NCBI GenBank assembly: GCA_038245785.1
Contig: JBBRSB010000001.1
Span: forward strand, 160,001 to 224,000
Reading direction: 5' to 3'
Origin: Gloeobacterales cyanobacterium
GTDB lineage: Bacteria > Cyanobacteriota > Cyanobacteriia > Gloeobacterales > PMM-0068
DNA length: 64,000 nucleotides
Shown here: piece after piece, positions 1-8,374 of the stretch
Position numbering within the stretch: the stretch's first letter is position 1
Layout: every line of letters begins with the position of its first letter
Program-made: the position numbers and the translations under genes
Notes under the pieces: model-generated
Database searches by the model: none
What the model was told of the DNA's origin: nothing
The model's input: only the letters and a program-made list of their open reading frames with translations

Positions 1-739
1 ATACCTGTGGCGAGGACCAGCCTTCGTGTAGATAGAGGTCGTGGATGCAGTTATAGGCGCGCACATGGGCGGCTAGCAAGTGATTGTAGGCTTGCAGGAC
101 CCGCTGCGGTCCAGATAGAGCCCCAGAGGGGAACTGGCGACCGATGTAGGTATTAAGCACCAGCATATTCGGTTCGTTGATAGTGATGAACCATCGAATC
201 GGTGGCTGATGATAGTGATCGGCTAGACGACGGTTGATATGGGTGACCGTTGTCCACACATACTCCCCGAACAGATCGATGGTGGAAGCTTGTAGCCAGG
301 CATCGGCACCGAGCCAGGCCGGATGGGTAAAGTGATGCAGGGTAACTACAGGCTCCATCCCTTGATAACGGCAGGCAGCCAAACGATCTGCATAGCCGTC
401 TAAGGCAGCAAAATCGAAGGGAGGAGCCGACTCGGGGCGCTGACTACTGGAAGGCTGAATGCGAGCCCATTCCAATCCCAGACGAAAAGAGTTTAGGCCC
501 ATGTCCTGGCAGCTCTGAAAATCTTCTTCATATCGCGTCCAGAACTCTACGGCCTTGCCCGTATTCATGACTGCGCCCTTGGCCTCGCTGCGCGACCAAT
601 TGTTCTGGGGCTGTCCAGGACCGTTGTAGCCGCCCTCACTTTGGTAGCCAGAGGTGGCCACACCCCACAAAAATGGCTTAGGCGAACCAGACGCTGGCGG
701 CGTGTCCGGTTGGTCCCCTTCTCTATGCTCAGTCTTCAT
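1..739 (-). CDS. Glycoside hydrolase family 1 (beta-glucosidase-like), 3' end beyond the window
   Basis: Not in the ORF track. Manual translation from ATG at 739 (TGATG overlap with the upstream stop) gives FLWGVATSGYQSEGG, FWTRYEEDF, FRLGLEWARIQP, TLHHFTHPAW and WFITINEPN (GH1 acid/base NEP motif). Confidence 0.9.
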   Translation of the reverse strand, partial: MKTEHREGDQPDTPPASGSPKPFLWGVATSGYQSEGGYNGPGQPQNNWSRSEAKGAVMNTGKAVEFWTRYEEDFQSCQDMGLNSFRLGLEWARIQPSSSQRPESAPPFDFAALDGYADRLAACRYQGMEPVVTLHHFTHPAWLGADAWLQASTIDLFGEYVWTTVTHINRRLADHYHQPPIRWFITINEPNMLVLNTYIGRQFPSGALSGPQRVLQAYNHLLAAHVRAYNCIHDLYLHEGWSSPQV

Positions 740-1890
740 CACAATTCAATGATCTCACGCTCTTGCAGTTGAGCCAAGACAAAATCGGCAATATCTATCG
801 CTGCCTGGGGCTTCCCGAATTTCTTGGCTTGATGACGCATAAAAGCAAGATGGTCAGGCTGACTGAGTAGAAATTGAACCGCAGGCGCTACCATTTCCGG
901 CAATCGCAACTGGATACCCACACCATAAGCGGCGATAGCATCGGCATTCCATTCTTCCTGTCCTGGGATTGGGTCAATGATCACCAGGGGCGTGCCCCGA
1001 GCCATCACTTCACTGGCAATTAGACCACCCGCCTTCGTAATCACAATGTCGCTGGCCGCGATCAGATCGTCAATATAGTTGATGTGCTCTAGTAACCGTA
1101 ACTGCAGGTCAGGTCCGTCAGTCAAATCAGCCAGGGCAGGAGCTAGAGCCTGGTTCCGTCCCGTCGCCACTACCAGTATTCCAGGCATGGAACTTTCCAA
1201 TAGCCCTGTCACCATCACCCGTACACGCTTTGGCTGCAACCCACCCCCAAAGAGGGTGATCACCGGGACATCGAGCGGCAGATCGTGCTGGATGCGCATT
1301 GCCTCAGAGGGCTTTGGATTAAGGATCTCCAGGTTCACCGGAATTCCTGTCACATGCAGGAGCTGAGGATCAATTCCCTGTTTGGTCAGGATGTTGGCCG
1401 TCAATTCACTGGCAACAAAATAACCATCGACTCCATGATTGATCCAGGTGCTATGCGCCACTGAATCGGTGATCACCACAAAGTGCGGCTGGGGCAGCTC
1501 GTCATTCCCTTGCTTCAAGAGCTGTAGCAGCCTGCTCGGAATCTGTTGCACACAAATAAAGGCATCTGGAGCTGAGGTCTTAATCAGTTGTTCAAAATTT
1601 TTAAAAAAGGGACGCTCAATCTTACTAAGCAACAGGGTATTGCTCATCGAATCTTTGAGATCGGAGACATCGCTGCCCTCATAGATCAGTCGATAGAGCC
1701 GGGGAGCCTTCTCGCTAAGCTGCTCATAGGCCCGCGTCAAAGTCTCTCGCAAAATCGGACTCGCGTAGGCAAGGGCATCTTCAATCTGAACTTCAACCCT
1801 AGGATAGCGCTCGAATGCCCTGCCCAGAGCACTAGCAGCATGGCTATGTCCTGAGCCAAGGGAAGCATAAAGTATCAAAATCCGGGGCAT
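739..1890 (-). CDS. MGDG-synthase/UgtP-like glycosyltransferase (GT28, diacylglycerol glycosyltransferase family)
   Basis: Motifs ILILYASLGSGHSHAA, VVITD...H..W, VTGIPV, ITKAGGLIASE and PIPGQEEWNA. Start set at ATG 1890 (MPRILIL). Confidence 0.85.
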   Translation of the reverse strand: MPRILILYASLGSGHSHAASALGRAFERYPRVEVQIEDALAYASPILRETLTRAYEQLSEKAPRLYRLIYEGSDVSDLKDSMSNTLLLSKIERPFFKNFEQLIKTSAPDAFICVQQIPSRLLQLLKQGNDELPQPHFVVITDSVAHSTWINHGVDGYFVASELTANILTKQGIDPQLLHVTGIPVNLEILNPKPSEAMRIQHDLPLDVPVITLFGGGLQPKRVRVMVTGLLESSMPGILVVATGRNQALAPALADLTDGPDLQLRLLEHINYIDDLIAASDIVITKAGGLIASEVMARGTPLVIIDPIPGQEEWNADAIAAYGVGIQLRLPEMVAPAVQFLLSQPDHLAFMRHQAKKFGKPQAAIDIADFVLAQLQEREIIEL

Positions 1891-2041
1891 GGAAACTAGC
1901 CTTGGTGGATGCAAGCAACCCTCGCAAACCCCCTAAGCGGAGTCTAACACAACAGTCTTGGAACCAGACTCCACGATACTTAAAAGTACGTTGAAATAGG
2001 TCTTGGGATGATAGCTTCGGAAATATGTGCGTCTCCTAACC

Positions 2042-2776
2042 ATGAATGATGTTCTCTGGCTATCTATTCTATTTTTCGTCGCCGCTTTGCTTTACTCTTC
2101 AGTCGGTCATGCAGGGGCTTCAGGCTACATTGCGGCCATGGCCTTATTTGGACTAGCACCAGCGGTGATTAAGCCCACTGCTCTCTTTTTGAATATTCTG
2201 GTGGCCCTGATTGCCACGGTGCAGTTTTACAGGGCTGGTCATTTTTCCTGGAAAGTCTTCTGGCCTCTGGCTCTGGGTTCTATCCCCTTTGCCTTTCTCG
2301 GGGGGGCATTGTCTTTACCAACGACTATCTATAAGCAAGTGGTAGGGCTCGTTCTACTGTTTGCCGCCTATCGACTTTTTACATACACTAAGGCAGTTGT
2401 TAAGACCAACGCTAAATCCCTGCCTGTAGGGCTTGCCATCCCCCTGGGTGCTGGGATTGGCTTCCTATCAGGTCTAACGGGCGTGGGTGGCGGAATTTTT
2501 TTGAGCCCACTCTTGCTCTTGATGGGCTGGACCGAAATGAAACAGACCGCTGCCATCTCCGCAGCATTTATTTTGGTCAATTCTGTCGCTGGATTGGCAG
2601 GGAATTACGCCAGTGTACAGTTTCTTCCCAGTGTGCTGCCCTTTTGGGCGGCAGCAGCCCTCCTCGGTGGATTTATTGGTTCCCGATTTGGAAGTTCTCG
2701 AGCGCAACCTGACAGCATTCGTCGTTTACTTTCGTTAGTCTTGTTAATTGCTGGATTGAAGCTGATACTTACTTAA
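2042..2776 (+). CDS. Sulfite exporter TauE/SafE (TSUP) family membrane protein
   Basis: Hydrophobic multi-TM protein with SVGHAGASGY and SGLTGVGGGIFLSP repeats. Confidence 0.85.
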   Translation: MNDVLWLSILFFVAALLYSSVGHAGASGYIAAMALFGLAPAVIKPTALFLNILVALIATVQFYRAGHFSWKVFWPLALGSIPFAFLGGALSLPTTIYKQVVGLVLLFAAYRLFTYTKAVVKTNAKSLPVGLAIPLGAGIGFLSGLTGVGGGIFLSPLLLLMGWTEMKQTAAISAAFILVNSVAGLAGNYASVQFLPSVLPFWAAAALLGGFIGSRFGSSRAQPDSIRRLLSLVLLIAGLKLILT

Positions 2777-2781
2777 ATTAT

Positions 2782-4059
2782 CTAGACAGTCGGGAGATGC
2801 ACCGTAAACGTACTGCCATTTCCGGAGACACTGTTGACCGTAATCTGCCCCTGATGGGTTTCTAAAATCTTCTTCACGATCGCCAGCCCTAAGCCTGTGC
2901 CTCCTGCCGATTGGGTACGGGATTCATCCACGCGATAAAAACGGTCAAACAATTGAGGCAGATGTTGCGCGGCAATGCCCACGCCAGAATCACAAACCTT
3001 GATTTCAGCTTGGTCAGCCGTTTGAGTTAAGTGAATTTCGACCTTCCCTTCTGCAGGTGTGTACTTGATGGCATTGACAATCAGGTTGGTAAACAAGCGA
3101 TAGAGCTGGTCTTCATATCCGCGAACTTTAGGGTCTGTTTCAGGAAGCTGACAGGTAAACTTAAGTTTCTTCGCTTCTGCTTGAGGAGCCAATTCTTCAT
3201 AGAGGTCAGACAGGATCGTCTTCAGAGAACAGCGCTCTAGTTTTGGCTGTTCTGCGACATCCACACGGTCAGCACGGGCCAGCCAGAGGAGGTCGTTGGT
3301 CAAGGAGCCCATACGTTGAGCTGTTTCGACAATTGCTGTGAACTTTGCCTGAGTTTGTTGGGGCGTGAGCGGGCCACTTTGCGCCGCACTTTGAGCGGTC
3401 GTCAGGATTGTAGCCACTGGAGTCCGCAATTCATGAGAAGCATCAGCGGTGAACTGCTGTAGCTTTTCATAGGATTCCTGGATAGGGACCATCGCTCTTC
3501 CGGCCAGAAACCAGGCCGCCAGAGCAATCACGCCCTGCAAAAGAGGAACCGATACCAAAAGGCCTAACAGGACTTGTTTAAAAACTTCGTCCATTTCTTC
3601 TAAGGACGCGCCAACCTGTATTATACCCGATGGCGTTTTCACGGTTAGTTGGCGGTACGATACTTCCCCTGTATCTACGGTGGCAAATCCTAGGATTGGA
3701 TCTCGATTGACAGGAATAGCTGCTTGCTCGTCATCCAGATCTCCATGTTTTTCCTCCCACCGCAAGTTTCCGCGCGCGTCATACAGACGGGCATAGGCCA
3801 GGTCAGCTACTCGGAAGTCTTCCCGGATATCAGTGTGGGGTCTTGTAAGTGTGAAATTCTGTTCACTCAGATGTGCCATCTCTTCTCTATTTGCAAAAGG
3901 GCTGACCAGGGTTTTCAGAGCACGGTCTACTGCTTGAATTTGCCCAGCATGAACAACTTTGAGAAATATCCCTGAAGCAAGCAGCAGAATCACGCCCATG
4001 ACCAAGGCATACCAAAGCGTCAATTTCCAGCGAGTCTGGGCAAAAACTTTATTCATCAC
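2782..4059 (-). CDS. Membrane sensor histidine kinase (RppB/CopS/NrsS-like)
   Basis: Two TM helices, FTADASHELRTP H-box, NLIVNAIKY N-box, DSGVGI, FDRFYRVD and GGTGLGL. Confidence 0.92.
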   Translation of the reverse strand: MMNKVFAQTRWKLTLWYALVMGVILLLASGIFLKVVHAGQIQAVDRALKTLVSPFANREEMAHLSEQNFTLTRPHTDIREDFRVADLAYARLYDARGNLRWEEKHGDLDDEQAAIPVNRDPILGFATVDTGEVSYRQLTVKTPSGIIQVGASLEEMDEVFKQVLLGLLVSVPLLQGVIALAAWFLAGRAMVPIQESYEKLQQFTADASHELRTPVATILTTAQSAAQSGPLTPQQTQAKFTAIVETAQRMGSLTNDLLWLARADRVDVAEQPKLERCSLKTILSDLYEELAPQAEAKKLKFTCQLPETDPKVRGYEDQLYRLFTNLIVNAIKYTPAEGKVEIHLTQTADQAEIKVCDSGVGIAAQHLPQLFDRFYRVDESRTQSAGGTGLGLAIVKKILETHQGQITVNSVSGNGSTFTVHLPTV

Positions 4060-4736
4060 GGCTCTCCCAGAGCCCCATACCGATACCCTACTCCATATAC
4101 CGTATGAATGAGGGGCTTACTGAAACCTTGGTCTATTTTTTGGCGCAAGAGCCGAACTTGGGCAGCCACTACATTACTCTCTGGTTCCTCACCGATTTCC
4201 CACAAGCGTTCAATAATTTGGTCACGGGTGAGCGCTTGGCCGGGATGGGTGAGGAAATACTCTAGCAGTTGGAATTCTTTGCGATTCAAGGCAATCGTTT
4301 TGTCTTCTCGGTAGGCCGTCATCGTTTGCAAATCGAGCCGCACTCCATCAGCTTCAATCACTTGGTCTTGGAAACTGGTCGGGCGGCGGAGCAAGGCCCG
4401 GACTCTCGCTAGTAGTTCGGCGGTATCGAAGGGTTTAATCATATAGTCATCGGCCCCTGCATCCAAACCTTGCACCTTATCGAGGGAGAGGTCTTTGGCG
4501 GTCAGCATCAGCACAGGGGTACTCTTGCCGGAGCGCCTCAATTTACGGCAAAGTTCTATGCCTGAGAGCCCCGGCAGCATCCAATCCAAAATCAGTAAAT
4601 CATAGGCCACCGTCTGAGCAAGATCCCAGCCATCATCCCCCCGATAGACAACATCGGTCACATGTCCAGCAGCCGTTAAAACATCCTTTAAGGCATGGGC
4701 TAAGTTTTCCTCATCTTCAACCAGTAAAAGACGCAT
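4056..4736 (-). CDS. OmpR-family response regulator (RppA/CopR-like)
   Basis: REC domain (LLVEDE, LDWMLP, KPF) plus winged helix ending IHTVYGVGY; overlaps the kinase start. Confidence 0.95.
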   Translation of the reverse strand: MRLLLVEDEENLAHALKDVLTAAGHVTDVVYRGDDGWDLAQTVAYDLLILDWMLPGLSGIELCRKLRRSGKSTPVLMLTAKDLSLDKVQGLDAGADDYMIKPFDTAELLARVRALLRRPTSFQDQVIEADGVRLDLQTMTAYREDKTIALNRKEFQLLEYFLTHPGQALTRDQIIERLWEIGEEPESNVVAAQVRLLRQKIDQGFSKPLIHTVYGVGYRYGALGEP

Positions 4737-4742
4737 AGTGCT

Positions 4743-5111
4743 CTATATTCCTGAATCTTTTGAACTGAAAAGATAGGCTTCTAAAAGTTGCCGTTGTTTA
4801 GGGTCTAGAGGACGCACATCGCCTCGACCAAAATGATCCGGTAATCCTTGGATGATCCGCTTCCATGATCGCGCACTCAGGTCCTGCTGTTCAAACAATC
4901 GATGACAATCGGCACAGTTAGCTCGGTTAATTTGAGCCCCAAGATTTCTGGCTTGGGGAGAACCATCTACTTTCACATTCTTGGGAATCACGACCGGGGG
5001 TGGGGGTGGAGTGCGGAGCTTTTCCAGAAAAACCCCTAAGGCTATTGCTGGCCCAACGGTTAATGCGATTGGAAATAGATATTTGAGCAGGGGAGAGCGA
5101 CTAGTCGTCAT
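4743..5111 (-). CDS. Membrane-anchored dihaem-cytochrome-c (DHC) family protein with a single CxxCH
   Basis: Start reassigned to ATG 5111 (MTTSRSP). N-terminal TM, Pro-rich linker, CADCH and the DHC-like W..I..GL.DHFG motif. Confidence 0.75.
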   Translation of the reverse strand: MTTSRSPLLKYLFPIALTVGPAIALGVFLEKLRTPPPPPVVIPKNVKVDGSPQARNLGAQINRANCADCHRLFEQQDLSARSWKRIIQGLPDHFGRGDVRPLDPKQRQLLEAYLFSSKDSGI

Positions 5112-5373
5112 CCCTTCCACCCAGTTCCTCTCGCTCTCCTCTTTCTCCTCGCTCATGCTCTTCCGATTCAAAAGCCTCACCCCTTTCCCGAGTTCTGCCA
5201 GGGGTAGCGGATGCCTCTTGACGAGCATTATTCACAGAAGTACCGGAGTCTGCGGAATTCTTTCCATTACCCAGGGCTCCAAAGATGCCCCAGGCTGTGG
5301 CACCCCCACCTATGAAGAGTAGAGCCATTACTACATAGGGCATAACCGTTTTGCCAAAATCAGCCTTCGACAC
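5101..5373 (-). CDS. Small membrane protein with Glu/Arg/His-rich C-terminus
   Basis: One TM segment and tail ESEEHERGERGEREELGGRDDD; overlaps both neighbours, consistent with operon packing. Confidence 0.6.
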   Translation of the reverse strand: MSKADFGKTVMPYVVMALLFIGGGATAWGIFGALGNGKNSADSGTSVNNARQEASATPGRTRERGEAFESEEHERGERGEREELGGRDDD

Positions 5374-5950
5374 GACGACCTCCTAGATCATTAGATATGA
5401 ATGCAGACAGCACTAAAGGAACACCACCCACTTTCACCATCAGGAGCAGGTGGGCCAGGACAACCAAACCCAAGAAGGGTGCCAGTCCCAGATGCACGGA
5501 ACGAATAAAACTATCTCCTCCAAGAATCGAAGCCCAAAGCCCCATCCCACCCCAATTGGTCAGAATCAAGCCAGTGACAGCAAAAAGGGTAGAAAGCCAG
5601 GTCAGGGCTGTATTAATGTAGCGATGGAGAGCATAGTTCCAGCGTTGCCAGTTCTGTACCGATGTAACAAGCACTTCTGCATCCTGCTCTCGGAAAAGTT
5701 TTTTTCCACCTGAGATCGCCTGATACAGAGAAAATCCCAGTCCATTGGTCAGGAACAACCAAGCCAAGGCGATGTGTAAGGCTTTCGGATTCCCAGCCCA
5801 AGTTCCTAGCGTAAAAACTTTAGGAATTAGACCAAATCCTTGATCCCAGGCGTTATAGGACTGCAGCCCTGTAAAAAGCAGGAGCAAAACGGCGAGGCCA
5901 TGAACGGCATGAACCACTCGAAAAAGATTGTTTTGCTTAGGAATGGCCAT
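5360..5950 (-). CDS. Cytochrome b/b6-domain (Ni-hydrogenase cytochrome b type) membrane protein
   Basis: Four TM helices with His ligands in typical positions (RVVHAVH, ALHIALAW, SVHLGL, LAHLLL). Confidence 0.8.
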   Translation of the reverse strand: MAIPKQNNLFRVVHAVHGLAVLLLLFTGLQSYNAWDQGFGLIPKVFTLGTWAGNPKALHIALAWLFLTNGLGFSLYQAISGGKKLFREQDAEVLVTSVQNWQRWNYALHRYINTALTWLSTLFAVTGLILTNWGGMGLWASILGGDSFIRSVHLGLAPFLGLVVLAHLLLMVKVGGVPLVLSAFISNDLGGRRVEG

Positions 5951-5982
5951 AGCAGGGCGTGTAAACGTCTATACATAGCCTA

Positions 5983-6008
5983 ATGAAGAATTATGAACTG
6001 GACATGAA
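5983..6008 (-). promoter_or_regulatory. Three TTCAT direct repeats (OmpR-family box) upstream of the cytochrome b operon
   Basis: ATGAA on + strand at 5983, 5993 and 6004 (10-11 bp period); resembles the TTCAT-N4-5-TTCAT CopR box of Synechocystis. Confidence 0.65.
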
Positions 6009-6011
6009 ATG

Positions 6012-6476
6012 TTAGTTAAGGGTTTTGAGATGCTGATTTTCCTGGGTTCCACCCTTTAGCTGTCGTTGTTCACGCCAAGACTTAAAGGCTACTTCGTATT
6101 TTTCTCCCTTCAGTTGATAGGTCGATAAAGCATGGAGCAGCAAGCCCAATCCCCAACCCAACAGAGGGTATATGGCCCAAGAAACAGTTTGGTCAGTCAC
6201 CAGATTCAAGAGCAGTAAGAATGTATTGACGGCCAGATAGGAAAAGAGGTCGGATTTTAGTCCTTCCTTTAGGGAGGCATCAAATTCCTTCCGTTCCTGG
6301 ATTTCTCCTCGCTGGGTCAACCACTCCTGTTCCGCTATTTGGAGATTATCCGCAGATATTCCCAATTCTGATGCCATTTCCACCAGTTGTTCATGGGAAA
6401 ATTCTCCTTCTTGGTGACGTGTCATCGCTCGTTGGAGAATCTGTTGCACATCTTCGGAACGATAAGAATCAGTCAT
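6012..6476 (-). CDS. 2TM domain-containing protein
   Basis: Y.SEDVQQILQRA N-terminus, YLAVNTFL..LN and WAIYPLLGWGLGL..H, typical of the cyanobacterial 2TM family. Confidence 0.85.
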   Translation of the reverse strand: MTDSYRSEDVQQILQRAMTRHQEGEFSHEQLVEMASELGISADNLQIAEQEWLTQRGEIQERKEFDASLKEGLKSDLFSYLAVNTFLLLLNLVTDQTVSWAIYPLLGWGLGLLLHALSTYQLKGEKYEVAFKSWREQRQLKGGTQENQHLKTLN

Positions 6477-6813
6477 AGGATGAACCGCCTTCTACGTCAT
6501 TTTTAAGTTTTATGTTTTATGAGGTTGAGAACATTAGATGCAAAACCAGTGCGCTCACCTTAGTGATACATCGCGCTCACACAGGTAAACAGGGATTTTC
6601 TGAAGCGAACATTTGAGTCAAGACATCAAGCGTTTAGATTCAAATGCATTACTAATGAGTCAATTTCACTTCAGTCATCTATTTAAGCAATCAATAGAGC
6701 TATTAAGTGCGTCAAAATAACTATCTATTCCGAGGTTATCTCCCTAATCCTCTCAAATGGGTAACCTACAAAGAGAAAGTCTGTCTCATCAATAATTAGC
6801 CTACAGAGTAACC

Positions 6814-7191
6814 GTGCGAAAAATCCTTATGATTCCTGCCCTTACCCTTCTGGTTGCATGCGGGAATGGTCAGTCACCAGTAAAGATTATAAATTTGCCT
6901 TCGGGAAAACCAGTGAAGGTTCTCAGCGTAGGGAAGATAGCTTTCTCAAATGACGTTCCGGCCTTGATCCTCAGCTATCAAACTGATCTGAATGCCACAG
7001 ATCTGCCTGCGATGGAAAAGGAGATTGATGAGATCTGGAATACCTTTCGGGTAGACGTGGAGCGAGCCAAGCTCACGAGCGCAATCATCCGTGCTAACAA
7101 CATGCAAAAAGGGTTTATCATCTCGACGGGCGAATCCCATGCAGTCGTTTATCGCAAGGGACAAGATGGGAAATGGTCCCGCCAAAAGTAG
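6814..7191 (+). CDS. Hypothetical lipoprotein
   Basis: Signal peptide with lipobox LLVA-C. Confidence 0.65.
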   Translation: MRKILMIPALTLLVACGNGQSPVKIINLPSGKPVKVLSVGKIAFSNDVPALILSYQTDLNATDLPAMEKEIDEIWNTFRVDVERAKLTSAIIRANNMQKGFIISTGESHAVVYRKGQDGKWSRQK

Positions 7192-7227
7192 ACTAGCTCC
7201 TCATTTGTCTCGATATACACGGGTGTC

Positions 7228-7256
7228 TTGCATCGTAACTACAATGTAGTTAAACT
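7228..7256 (+). promoter_or_regulatory. Sigma70-type promoter with operator palindrome for the brnTA-like module
   Basis: TTGCAT (7228) -17 bp- TAAACT (7251); perfect inverted repeat TAACTACA-A-TGTAGTTA at 7236-7252. Confidence 0.7.
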
Positions 7257-7262
7257 TGCAGC

Positions 7263-7331
7263 GTGAGTGCACTGCGGTTCGAGTGGGACGCACGCAAGGC
7301 AACGGCGCACGAGTCGAAGTCGTATCCATAG
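7263..7331 (+). pseudogene. brnT: BrnT-family toxin remnant (internal deletion, 22 aa)
   Basis: GTG-initiated MSALRFEWDARKATAHESKSYP*: the BrnT N-terminal FEWD..K motif joined directly to the C-terminal ARKAT..E..Y motif. Confidence 0.75.
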
Positions 7332-7342
7332 AGGTGTCCCGT

Positions 7343-7546
7343 ATGCGCAAGGAATATGACTTCTCCAAGTCAAGCAAGAATCCTTACACTACTCAGCAAA
7401 AGAAGCAAACTACTATCCGGCTCGACGAAGACTCGATCGCCTACTTCAAGACGATCTCCGAAGAAGTGGGTATTCCGTACCAGAGCCTCATAAACCTGTA
7501 CCTTCGGGATTGTGCAGCGTCGCACAGAAAGCTGAGCCTCAACTAG
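7343..7546 (+). CDS. brnA: BrnA/CopG-family antitoxin
   Basis: MRKEYDFSK..KNPY, TIRLDED, GIPYQSLINLYLRDC; GAGGTG RBS before ATG 7343. Confidence 0.85.
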   Translation: MRKEYDFSKSSKNPYTTQQKKQTTIRLDEDSIAYFKTISEEVGIPYQSLINLYLRDCAASHRKLSLN

Positions 7547-7601
7547 AAATAGCCCAGTGCATGACCTGTAATATCCACCCATGTTAGTAATAGAAGACTT
7601 C

Positions 7602-8135
7602 TCAGGGTATAGTAACCGCGCGAAGGCTCTTTCGATCACACCTCATCAACAGGGCGCGACCATCAGGGGTATCGACTTCTGCAACCTGCCTAAACCCAGC
7701 CTTCTCGTAGCAACGAATCGCTCTGTGATTGTTGGGTGATGGATCAGTTTGCACTTGAGTAACCAACGGGTCTTCGAACAACCAGCGAAGGAAAGATCTA
7801 AGCATTGTCGTTCCAAGTCCTTGACCAAGTTGCTCGGAGTTCGCAAGGAACTGATCAACGCCACGTGCACCTGGGTCTTTTTCCTCTGGCCACCATCCAT
7901 CTCCTGCGCCCATGACGGTATATGACTGGATGTAGCCGATAGGCTCACCATCATCTAGCACGAAGTACGCTCTGACGGGGGAATCCGAGGAGCAGTACGA
8001 ACTGAATTCATCGCGAACGTCGGCAAGGGATGGAGCTGGTCCCCACCACTCTGCGACATGAGGCCGAGAGAGCCAGTCATGAAACAGCGGGATGTCTGAT
8101 TCAGTCATCGGTCGGAAGGATATCGTGAGCGGCAT
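7602..8135 (-). CDS. AAC(6')-Ib/AAC(6')-II-like aminoglycoside N-acetyltransferase (GNAT)
   Basis: Motifs shared with AAC(6')-Ib: H..EWWG, GEPIGY.QSY, GDGWW.EE.DPG.RG.DQ.LAN, QTDPSP.N.RAIRCYEKAGF and TPDG. Confidence 0.85.
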   Translation of the reverse strand: MPLTISFRPMTESDIPLFHDWLSRPHVAEWWGPAPSLADVRDEFSSYCSSDSPVRAYFVLDDGEPIGYIQSYTVMGAGDGWWPEEKDPGARGVDQFLANSEQLGQGLGTTMLRSFLRWLFEDPLVTQVQTDPSPNNHRAIRCYEKAGFRQVAEVDTPDGRALLMRCDRKSLRAVTIP

Positions 8136-8374
8136 GGTGCTTAAAATACACATAGCGGATTGAAGCAGCCTGACGGCAAATTAGTCAATAGACGAGTTGG
8201 CAAAGCCATTGATACCTTGCCTGAATTACGATAAGAAGGGCTAGCACCATTTAACTCCATTTTTATTGATAAGGCTGTTTGTAATCCCCGTCCAATATCG
8301 AGAATATTCATCAGGCGCTATTATTGAGGGATAAATACGCTCTGTAGTGCTGCATTAGTGGTAAGCATCAAATT

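Noticed and set aside
5112..5228. N-terminal extension of ORF 4743..5228
   Set aside because: It overlaps the 5101-5373 gene in another frame; ATG 5111 gives a clean membrane-anchored cytochrome.
6551..6580. GCGCTCAC direct repeat upstream of the 2TM gene
   Set aside because: An 8-bp pair could occur by chance and there is no cognate regulator nearby.
7256..7342. N-terminal extension of ORF 7256..7546
   Set aside because: It is an off-frame reading of the brnT remnant; the antitoxin starts at ATG 7343 after an RBS.
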